DNA of 32,617 bases, taken from assembly GCF_001194135.2 (NCBI RefSeq), contig NC_068984.1, positions 39,046,945 through 39,079,561 on the forward strand, in the 5' to 3' direction. The position numbers and the translations under genes are program-made. This DNA comes from Octopus bimaculoides. Taxonomy: Eukaryota. Positions within the stretch are counted from its first letter, which is position 1; each line of letters begins with the position of its first letter. This document shows, in pieces, positions 1-9,424 of this stretch. Below the pieces are notes generated by a model, which ran no database searches, was not told the origin of the DNA, and was given only the letters and a program-made list of their open reading frames with translations.

Positions 1-59
<59 letters not shown>

Positions 60-78
60 TAGATAGATAGATAGATAG
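1..78. repeat. (AT)n then (AGAT)n microsatellite
   Basis: Read directly from the sequence. Confidence 0.98.
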
Positions 79-458
79 GATCATCATTGTTGATATGTAC
101 CTATTAATTTTAAGCCCAAGTATTTCGACAGTTTGGTCATGAAACGTTAATATGAGAAACATACACACTGATCATCACCACACAATGAAATTTTCAAGAC
201 ACAAAAATAAACTCTTATTTACTTATATTACATAGTAGTAATCTACGCCCTCAAAAAAGTACCACTGCAAAATTTCTTTAAAAACAGAATGCATTTCTCA
301 AAGTTTTAAAGAAACCGTGTCGGGCGCCAAACTTTAGTTCTGCCGTAATAATTAACACGTCAACACTAAATGACTACGGTCATGTAGACGTGAATCGCAC
401 TGATTATCTGAGAAACTACAATAAATTTTGAATTATGTGTTCATTCCATTCGTAACAG

Positions 459-507
459 GTACTACTGGAATGGTGGCCACTAACGTGTTACTAGTGAGGA
501 AAGACAA
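459..507 (+). other. Candidate 49-nt internal exon
   Basis: TAACAG acceptor (AG at 457-458) and GTGAGT donor (508-513). One open frame reads TTGMVATNVLLVRKD. No protein family recognised. Confidence 0.2.
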
Positions 508-954
508 GTGAGTTCCCGGATGTAGTAACAACGTTTTCATTCGACCTGCGAGAAACAACAACGAAATGTTACTCAAATCAGTCTTGAAAGAGAACGTATG
601 AGATAATGTAGGAATTGTACTGAAACTTGTAAAAAGACAGGATTTTCACAATTGGAATACTTTTGACTATAGGTCTAAAACTCAACATTGACTGTGCTTT
701 TTGATAAAAGAAAATATAATTTTGTATTTATAAGAGCAAGATATACACAACATATTTGATACGTAGCTTCGTGTTATTAAACAAAACCATAATATGAGAT
801 TACATTTCTTTGAATAGTCCTCAAAATATTAGGTTATACGCGGTTGCAAATACTAGCAGCCGAATTTTCCATGAATTATAGACTATCGCTATACGAAATA
901 AAGAAATCGCTTACGAAATAAAGAACACCTTGGATAATGTCCTAGATACACAGT

Positions 955-986
955 AGAGAGAGAGAGAGAGAGAGAGAGTGAGAGAG
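955..986. repeat. (AG)n microsatellite
   Basis: Read directly from the sequence. Confidence 0.95.
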
Positions 987-2901
987 AATGAGAGACGGCA
1001 TCAGAGCTGGTATTTAAGGGATAAATGTAAACGAGCGTCAAAAAGTATTCATTCTTTCAAATAACAGAGTACCTAATAGTAATTTTTTTTTCATTGAACT
1101 CATAAGAGGGAAGGAGCAAGCTGTACCTACAGCCTTTGTAAATTCTTTAACACAGGAAATACATAATTTTCGCAACCAAACACTACTAATGCCAGCATGT
1201 AACTTGACGGACTTTCTGTCAAGTTTTTCCTTTTTTTTGTTTTGTATACAGTGAATCTTTTGGTATACGACTGAGTACGATCCTCCACATAGACCTGGCA
1301 ACTAAGGACTAATACTAAATAATGGGTAGAAATTATCTTGTATATTCCTAACAGGATCCCAGTGGGAATGGAATTGTATTAAGACAACTGGTGCTTCTTT
1401 TAGCAGTAACTCTGACATGAACCAAATTTACAAGAGACAAATAAAATATTATTTTAGCTCATTACCAACTGCTCCAAACCGAACAACCTAATAATAGCAA
1501 TATTGATTTCTTCTCCATAAGAGCAAGGACAGTTTTATTTTGTAGGGATCGATATATCATTCATTACACAATGAGTACCCATAATATTTTACTGTGCTTA
1601 TTTTGTTTCGACCTCAAGTATATAAAAAAACAAAGTTAGCATCGATGGTACAACTGGCTATCGAACTGAGAATAGGAAGCATCTGTCAGCGCTTCACAAC
1701 CTCAGGTTAATTTAAACAAGTCATTCCAATTTATTTTGAATAAACACGAGGTTTCAGGTTTTATATGATAGGAAATATAGTTGCGAAGATCAGAATTTTT
1801 TTTCAAGAACACTGTAGCTAAGAAAGATGGAATAGTTTCAACAGAAAATTGAAATTTTGTGACAAATTCGGTTTGCCCATTGCTTAACTCGTACTTTACA
1901 GTGCTCGTCACCCCATTGATTAAATGACAAACAAGGTGATATAGCAATATCGAACTAACATATTTAGACTAAACCGAGAATTTCCAATTGCATTAATACA
2001 GAAGTAACAATAAAGATCAATATTTGAAAAGAACCCAAGAATAGAAATCCTCCGGTATTTAAAATAGAGATATTTTCACAAAAGTCTAGATAGTATATTA
2101 AAGATTAATATACTACATAAATGATTATGTAATACCATCATTCATTGGAAGAATGACTATTGCTGAAAATTTGTCAACGGAATATTTCCTTATAAATATA
2201 ATGAAATATCGTTTTCATTACAAACTATTGTAAATAGTTTTAAATACGAAGATAATCCTAAAATAGGTTTGCTATTGATGAGAGGAAAATGACATTGAAC
2301 ATTCGCCACTGAACATTTTAGTACAAAAGGAACACGACAAAAGAATACGAAAATTTTACCTGTGGTAAAATAGCATTATGAGAAAACATTTCAGTTGGGA
2401 ATTAATTCCTTTGTAACACTTAAAATTTCCGAACACAGGCAATGAAACAATTATTTTAAAAAAATAATGGATCATACGAATTTTAACGTGATTGTACCGG
2501 GTCGAACATGTTACTGTCACGTGCTACGCTTATCACCAGAGCTAGCAAATCTCTTTTATGAAACACAACATTTGTTTCGTAACCCTGTCATCACTTCCGC
2601 TTCATTTCACATTAATGATTCGATATATCCAAAATGATTTATATTGTATTAAGCAATTTTTCTGCCCAGAAAAACAAGTTGGTGTCATTGTTTAATATAA
2701 CTTTAATAAATATAGTATAAAACTTCATCAAGTTATTTGATTTTTCATGCAAGTTTATTTTTGTTCAGTGAACTCATAAGAAAAAAGAAACACTTAAAAT
2801 ATATTGCATCTTTATAGCAAAACGTAAACATTGTTTAGGTAAACAACAATTTTTAAATGTTAGTTTCATATCATATCTGTTATATTGTTGTTTCGTTACA
2901 G

Positions 2902-3014
2902 GACAGTCATGATGGAGCAGACTCACGAGCAAAGGCGTTCCATCCGTGATCATCCGTCTTTCACCAGCTCTGATATATTTCTTGAATATATTTATGTTTA
3001 AAGTCCTAAATAAA
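2902..3014 (+). other. Candidate terminal exon
   Basis: TTGTTTCGTTACAG acceptor and an open frame TVMMEQTHEQRRSIRDHPSFTSSDIFLEYIYV* ending TAA at 2999-3001. AATAAA lies at 3009-3014. The phase is compatible with 459-507. Confidence 0.2.
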
Positions 3015-3531
3015 TGAACCCTCGTTAAACCGTACCAACAGGAAGAATGTCCATTTAAACCGATTGTCCTAATTAACCGATGGTAAGGGTTAACATTGTG
3101 TACATATATAATATTGGAAATATCTGCAATGCACGCTGAACATAAACAATAACAAGATTACGTAATGCGCTGTCAACATCACACAGTCATCCAGACCGCA
3201 TCCAGAGCAAGGCCACTCGAATGGTATTGAATCACTACAATCTCCGGCCCATAGGCACATAGTTATTGTCTTTCCTCTCTGTTTTTTTTTTCTGCTGCAG
3301 TGATAATAGCCTCTGTTTCTCACCCTCGACTCACTCACCTTTCCATCTCACGTCGTCCTTGTGTCCATCGTTGATCCTGTCATTCTTTTCCAGAATATCA
3401 AACCTCTGGAATCCTCCCCTTGCTCACGTCTTTCTTGTAGCAGTAATTTAAACGAACATTAACGGCATCAACCTCACCAGTTTCGTGGGTGTGGGCAGCA
3501 AATGTCATTGGTACTGCCACTTTCTGTAGAC

Positions 3532-3992
3532 CAGTGTTTTCCAACCATTTTTTAAAATGCCCCCCCCCGCCACCTTTTATTACCGTTTTATTCTAGTGGC
3601 ACATGGCTCAGTGGTTAGTGCGTCGGGCTCACAATCATGAGGTAGTGAGTTCGATTCCCAGACCGAGTCGTGTGTTGTGTTCTTGAGCAAGACACTTTAT
3701 TTCACGTTGCTCCAGTTCACTCAGCTGTTGAAATGAGTTGCAACGTCACTGGTGCCAGGCTACATTGGCCTTTGCCTTTCCCTTGGGTAACATCGGTGGC
3801 GTGGAGAGGGGAGGCTGGTGTGCATGGGCGACTGCTGATCTTCCATGAACAACCTTGCCCGGATTTGTACCTAGGAGAGGAACTTTCTAGGTGCAATCCC
3901 ATGGTCATTATTGACCGAAGGGAGTCTTTACTCTTTATCCCATTCTAGTGTACTCCCTTACCCCCCATTGTCATTCAGTGTTTAAAAACTAG
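3532..3992. mobile_element. Probable hAT (Charlie-like) MITE remnant interrupted by a SINE
   Basis: The left end CAGTGTTTTCCAACC follows CTGTAGAC and resembles hAT TIR and target preferences. The right TIR is only weakly visible near 3978-3992. Confidence 0.35.
3599..3941 (+). mobile_element. tRNA-derived SINE with 9-bp TSD
   Basis: A-box TGGCTCAGTGG (3604-3614) and B-box GTTCGATTCC (3649-3658). Central core is shared with the SINE at 24113. ATTCTAGTG is duplicated at 3590-3598 and 3942-3950. Confidence 0.9.
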
Positions 3993-4189
3993 TTTTATAG
4001 ATATGTCTTTCAAAATTCCAATATTGTTTTTCACATGTTCTCTCGTATATGTTTGCAATATAACGCTCTAGGAGAACATTCTTTCAATGGTCGGAAACTA
4101 TGTAAATCATTAGAGTTAGAAACTATTTGTTTCGTGCAATGTAGACATATACAAGCGAAGCTTTTCATGGATCTTTAAAATACAACCAT

Positions 4190-4830
4190 GAATCCGTGCT
4201 TAACTACCTTGCTTGCATGGGGCCCAGAAGGCTGAGGGCGTTTTAGCATCACTCAGAAAGATCTTTGCCAGCTACTCTCCAGCTATCTATTGAAAACTGT
4301 GTATGACTATGGTACGTCCATCCTTAGAGTTTGCATCACCAGTCTGGAACACCTATTTTGCTCAGGACATTGATTTCCTGGAAACTGTTCAGACACGTGC
4401 AACCAAACGAATACCCGCCGTCAGGCATCTACCATACTCTGAACGTCTTGCTTCCCTGGGCATATACAAATTAAAGCTCAGACATCTAGTGACTGACTTA
4501 GCAGACACCCACAAGATTATCCACCATCTTTCCAGCAACAACCTTGGAAACCTATTTCAATTTCATTTGTTAAACACTCGTGGACATGCTTACAAAATCA
4601 AGAAACCGACACAGCACCCATGACGTTCGGAAACATTTTTTCACGCTCAGAATTGATGAAGCATGGAATAAACTACCTGCATCAATAATTAGCTGTTGAA
4701 ACGCAGCAGCCTTCAAAACTTCCATGCTTCCTGAAATTCACCAACAGTACACTTGATGTCACTTCTTTTTTCTTCTTCTTTTGTTGTAGTGCACCTGAGC
4801 AATGAATACAATTTCACTATTATCATTATT
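4190..4830 (+). mobile_element. 5'-truncated CR1-type LINE (RT C-terminal region, pseudogenised)
   Basis: ORF 4303-4623 reads VRPSLEFASPVWN...VQTRATK...LPYSERL...TRGH. A shifted frame continues RKHFFTLRIDEAWNKLP. These are typical CR1/L2-group ORF2 end motifs. An ATT-type tail lies near 4815-4830. Confidence 0.88.
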
Positions 4831-5293
4831 AAAAACTGAAAGTGTTTTTCCTACTGAAAAAGTAAAAACAAAACAAAAAAAGCTGAAACTGTTTTGGCGG
4901 GCGAAAAGTGAAAGTGTTTGACAGCTATGTACTTTGCCCTTGACTCATCGGAAACAATGTGTGACTGAAGCCATTCTCTTTGGCATGTTCCTCTGCAGCC
5001 CCTTCTTCACCACATAAAAATTCACATCTTCAAAACCTTCAAGTGATCCATTCATAGCTGCGTTGCAATAATTCAGGCTAAGAAATGTGACCTACAACGC
5101 TTGAAGAAAATCGCACATACCCACACACAGGACGTCACTTACCGAGTATCACAAGTCAGAAAATTCAACACCCCCATCAACTGACAATGTGTATATCTTT
5201 CATCTTTTTTTTTCCACTCATTACACTACCGCCATGCTGGGGCACCACCTTGAAGACTATTTAGTCGAATGAATCGACCTCAGTACTTACTTT

Positions 5294-6045
5294 TGTAATA
5301 TAGACTGTAAAAAGTCTTAAAACACTGAGATAGAGAAATACCAGTTCGTATTAGAGTTACACAAGATTTAGAATGTTTATACGCAGGAAGTTGTGGCCAA
5401 GTAGCAGAGCTGTGAGTATCACACTGTGTGTTGAGCGTCGAATGCTGTGACCTGTGTTACCTGGTATAGTATATTCTGGCTGGTTAGTTCTGACTGTTAT
5501 TCGTGAGTGGAAACAATCCACTCAACAGCGTCGAGATAAAACTGCTCTTGTTGATGTTGGTGTTGCTGGCGACGACAATGGTAGACAGTACATTGGTGGT
5601 GAAGACGTTGGCGCTGGAATTGGCTGTAGCTGTGTTCTGTATGTGTGTGGTCAACGACCAGACCTGTGAGAGATCTGAAATCGAAGACGTGTGTGGTCAG
5701 CGACCAGACCTGTAAGAGATCTGAAATCGAAGACTGTATGTGTGTGGTCAACGACCAGACATGTGAGAGATCTGAAATCGAAGACGATTGCCGTCGTTGG
5801 ATCGGGCTTATTTATAGGCGAAAAAAGGCTCACTGGAAACCCAGTAGAACTCTCTATCACGTGATTTTATCTAAGGCCACGATTGGACGTAATGCTCCCT
5901 TAGCAAGCAGAACATGGGGACAATTGCTGCGCAAATAAGAACCAATCAGGATAGTGGACAGAAGGGACCAAGGCAGCCGAAGGCTAGATGTTAGCAGCTT
6001 CGTTATCATTTATGATTGAATGCCCGAGAGAGAGGTTTCACTACA
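5294..6045 (-). mobile_element. Solo LTR A (probably Gypsy-type)
   Basis: TG...CA ends and a 4-bp TSD CTTT (5290-5293, 6046-6049). It is homologous end to end with the reverse complement of 12404-13116. TATA box at about 5808-5818, CCAAT motifs and a CACGTG E-box. Confidence 0.88.
5638..5785. repeat. Three tandem copies of a 46-51 bp unit inside LTR A
   Basis: GTGTGTGGTCA(A/G)CGACCAGAC(C/A)TGT(G/A)AGAGATCTGAAATCGAAGAC at 5638-5688, 5689-5734 and 5735-5785. Confidence 0.95.
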
Positions 6046-6310
6046 CTTTCCTTAAAGCCTGGTACTTATTCGACTTCTTTTGCCGAACCGCTACGTGACG
6101 GGAACGCAAACACATCAACACCGATTCTCAAGCGGTGGTGGGAACCCCCTCCCCCANNNNNNNNNNNNNNNNNNNNNNNNNNNNNNNNNNNNNNNNNNNN
6201 NNNNNNNNNNNNNNNNNNNNNNNNNNNNNNNNNNNNNNNNNNNNNNNNNNNNNNNNNNNNNNNNNNNNNNNNNNNNNNNNNNNNNNNNNNNNNNNNNNNN
6301 NNNNNNNNNN

Positions 6311-6553
6311 ACGCCGGTCGAACTGCTTAGCGGTATTTCATCTGCCGTTACGTCCTGAGTTCGAATTCCGCCGAGGTCGACTTTGCCTTTCATCCTTTCG
6401 GGGTCGATAAATTAAGTACCAGTTACGCACTGGGGGTCGATGTAATCGACTAATTCCTTTGTCTGTCCTTGTTTGTCCCCTCTATGTTTAGCTCCTTGTG
6501 GGCAATAAAGAAATAAGAAACGTTAGCACGCCGGTCGAACTGCTTAGCGGTAT
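6311..6553 (+). mobile_element. SINE body with an alternative 3' tail, followed by a second SINE head
   Basis: 6311-6453 matches the reverse complement of the SINEs at 17694-17903 and 28341-28772. The tail 6454-6514 differs from theirs. 6311-6336 is repeated exactly at 6528-6553. Confidence 0.85.
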
Positions 6554-8032
6554 AACAGCTCTGTGAATTTTTGTGAAAACTGCTGTGTTACTCTGTGAAA
6601 ACTGTGTGAACTACTGTAAGTTGTCTCTGTGAATAATTGTGATTTTTGTGGAATTATTGTTGTTACGTTTCACGCGAGCCGCTGCATTTTCCCCCAGCTA
6701 TGGCGAGTGGTAGTGTCTCCAGTATGGAGAGCTACGCCAGGGCCACTGCGGCGAATAAGCTAGTGCCGCTGGAAACCAAGTTGATCAAGTTGGATATGGA
6801 GGAGGTGAGCAGAAGCAGGAATTTGATAGAAGTAGAGTGAGACTCATACAAATTGTTCTCCACAAAAGAGACCAAGGAAGACAAAATTCTGAGGACAGTT
6901 GTGTATCGTACACNNNNNNNNNNCCCAGAGTTACACCAGAAATTAAACCAGAGTGGTTGGTTGCAACAGTGCTAGCTGCAACCAAGGAGGATCCGGAATT
7001 GGGACCAGTGGTGGAATCAAAAGTGCGCAACTGGTGGGGATTTGGACTCGAAATGTGGCTTTTTGCCACATTCGAGGACATAGAAAGAATTCCCTACCAG
7101 ATAGAAGTGGAGGATGAGAGAACGTTAAATATTGTAGTCGAAGGAAGGAAACCAAATTGCTACATATGCGGGGAAAGAGGTCATATGAAGACCAAATGCC
7201 CCCTATATGAGTTCACACAGCCACAACAAGAGAAAGCACAAGTAGAGGAGGAAAACATTGTAGACCACACCGAGGAAATGAACGAGAGATAGAAGTGTGA
7301 AACAGAGAAAACAAAGGAGAAGAACGAAAATGGAGCTACTAACCCTAAAAAGCGAAAGAAAAATAAGTCAAAGGAACGGTCAACAGAAAACAAAAAAGAG
7401 ATAGAAAAGCCAGAAACTAATAATGTACAAGGAGAGGAGGAGAGAACGAATACAGATATGAAATACAAGGGGGTTTTGATAAAGTACGAGAAGAGCGAGC
7501 AGATGGAGAGAAAAATCGCGAAGTTGGAAGAAATAATAAGAGTGAAGATGCCAGAGAAATGTGCTGAGAAATGCATTTTGATACACGAGGAAAACTACTG
7601 GGAGTACATAAAAGAATTTGGTGAAAATATAACAACGATAAGGGTATGGTTGGTGGAGACAACACCCCCTAGAACTGATTATTGCTGTTGATAAGGACAC
7701 AAGTAACAGTGATTAATGGAAGAAAGGTAACGCGAGTGTTTCAATTTTTTGGGGGTTGCAAAACCGTTAAAATGTTTACATGATGTTGAACGTAAAAGTG
7801 AAAAACTGGATAAATGTAACCACCCGACTTTGGGGTACGAGTGGACATTGCGCCTCATTTTTTCATTCTTGCATACTATCATTTTATTTTAATTTTTCTT
7901 CTACTATTATCATTCGCTTTTTGTAATTTTTAGTTCCCCGATTTTATGTTTGTTGCGTTTTGTACTGTCTTTATGTTTTGTGATGTCTTAAAAAAAATTC
8001 TTTGTATAGCCCTTTATGGGTAATAAAGAAAT
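6554..8032 (+). mobile_element. ORF1-only non-autonomous L1/Tx1-like retroelement
   Basis: 5' UTR, one ORF1-like frame with a CCHC knuckle, and a T-rich 3' UTR ending AATAAAGAAAT. No endonuclease or RT is present. CGGT(AT) flanks both ends (6548-6553, and 8033-8036 before the gap). Confidence 0.7.
6700..7691 (+). pseudogene. L1/Tx1-type ORF1-like nucleic-acid-binding protein (about 330 codons)
   Basis: ATG at 6700, in-frame stops at 6838-6840 and 7290-7292, and a 10-N gap at 6914-6923. LNIVVEGRKPNCYICGERGHMKTKCP (CX2CX4HX4C) is followed by an E/K-rich tract, the layout of Tx1/L1 ORF1 proteins. Confidence 0.72.
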
Positions 8033-8714
8033 CGGTNNNNNNNNNNNNNNNNNNNNNNNNNNNNNNNNNNNNNNNNNNNNNNNNNNNNNNNNNNNNNNNN
8101 NNNNNNNNNNNNNNNNNNNNNNNNNNNNNNNNNNNNNNNNNNNNNNNNNNNNNNNNNNNNNNNNNNNNNNNNNNNNNNNNNNNNNNNNNNNNNNNNNNNN
8201 NNNNNNNNNNNNNNNNNNNNNNNNNNNNNNNNNNNNNNNNNNNNNNNNNNNNNNNNNNNNNNNNNNNNNNNNNNNNNNNNNNNNNNNNNNNNNNNNNNNN
8301 NNNNNNNNNNNNNNNNNNNNNNNNNNNNNNNNNNNNNNNNNNNNNNNNNNNNNNNNNNNNNNNNNNNNNNNNNNNNNNNNNNNNNNNNNNNNNNNNNNNN
8401 NNNNNNNNNNNNNNNNNNNNNNNNNNNNNNNNNNNNNNNNNNNNNNNNNNNNNNNNNNNNNNNNNNNNNNNNNNNNNNNNNNNNNNNNNNNNNNNNNNNN
8501 NNNNNNNNNNNNNNNNNNNNNNNNNNNNNNNNNNNNNNNNNNNNNNNNNNNNNNNNNNNNNNNNNNNNNNNNNNNNNNNNNNNNNNNNNNNNNNNNNNNN
8601 NNNNNNNNNNNNNNNNNNNNNNNNNNNNNNNNNNNNNNNNNNNNNNNNNNNNNNNNNNNNNNNNNNNNNNNNNNNNNNNNNNNNGTGACAAAAATGTTTC
8701 GGAAAAGGGTTTTT

Positions 8715-9424
8715 TTAAACTCTGTCGATAGAGACAGTCTCTTTTTTTTCTGTGAATGTCCACAGAACGCGATAGGGTCCAGTGTAGGGAGGTGTGAGCG
8801 GTCCCTTGACAGCGTCATTTCTTACAAAGACGTGAGTCCAGGTAGAAATATCTAGAGGTACTGCAGAGGAAATAGACTGGTTACGAGGAAGCATCGGTAG
8901 CAGGTCAGCAAAGAATGACCTGAGTCGCGTGACGTAAGATGTGGGGTCCGCATTCGGTAAGTCGACGCGCGCCAATATTTGTCCAAGAAATGCTAAGGTG
9001 GTGCCATACAGGAGCTCAGCAGAGGTGTAGCCTAAGTCCTCCATGACAGCTGAGCGGCACCCTAGCAGAACAATGGGGAGAAACTCGGACCAACGATGAG
9101 GGTCAGGAGCCGTGCGAACAGCGGCTTTAGGCTGTCGGTGGAATCTTTCCACCATTCCATTCGCGGTGGGATGGTAACTGGTGGTGTGGATGTGATGAAC
9201 TCCGAGCAATCTCGAAAGCTCACGGAACAGACACGATCGGTAGTAATTCTAGAGGGTACTCCGAAGCAAGATATCCACCCAGAGACGAGTGCTCTGGTGA
9301 CTGTTTCCACGGAAATGTTCACGAGGGGGATGGCTTCTGGCCATCTGGAGAAACTGTCGATGCAAGTCAATATATAAGTAAATCCGCGACTGACCGGCAG
9401 GAGACGACAATGCACCAATAAGCA
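8715..9424 (-). pseudogene. Gypsy integrase core and C-terminal domain (frameshifted, N-terminal zinc domain absent)
   Basis: [47 protein letters not shown] and PLTPPYTGPYRV occur in ORFs 9062-9547 and 8715-9209. Confidence 0.9.

Larger units (their letters stand above)
5228..6156 (+). mobile_element. SINE fragment split by a solo LTR (5228-5293 and 6046-6156)
   Basis: The two halves join into AGTCGA..AATCGACC.CAGT...CTGGTACTTA.TCGAC. This segment also occurs in the SINE bodies at 17.7 kb and 28.3-28.8 kb. Confidence 0.7.

Noticed and set aside
3599-3665. tRNA gene (also at 24113-24175)
   Set aside because: A and B boxes are present but there is no complete cloverleaf. The sequence runs into a SINE core, and the first copy has a TSD.
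5638-5785. CRISPR-like array
   Set aside because: The units are contiguous with no unique spacers, lie inside a eukaryotic LTR, and have no cas genes nearby.
5454-5938. Short ORFs in LTR A and matching ORFs in LTR B (12664-12879)
   Set aside because: The frames shift relative to each other between the two LTR copies, so coding is not conserved.
7181-7700. Minus-strand hydrophobic ORFs (131, 106 and 82 aa)
   Set aside because: They are antisense shadows of the purine-rich ORF1 frame.
7988-8855. Long ORFs spanning N runs (also 6016-6410 and 15513-16317)
   Set aside because: They are artefacts of translating assembly gaps.
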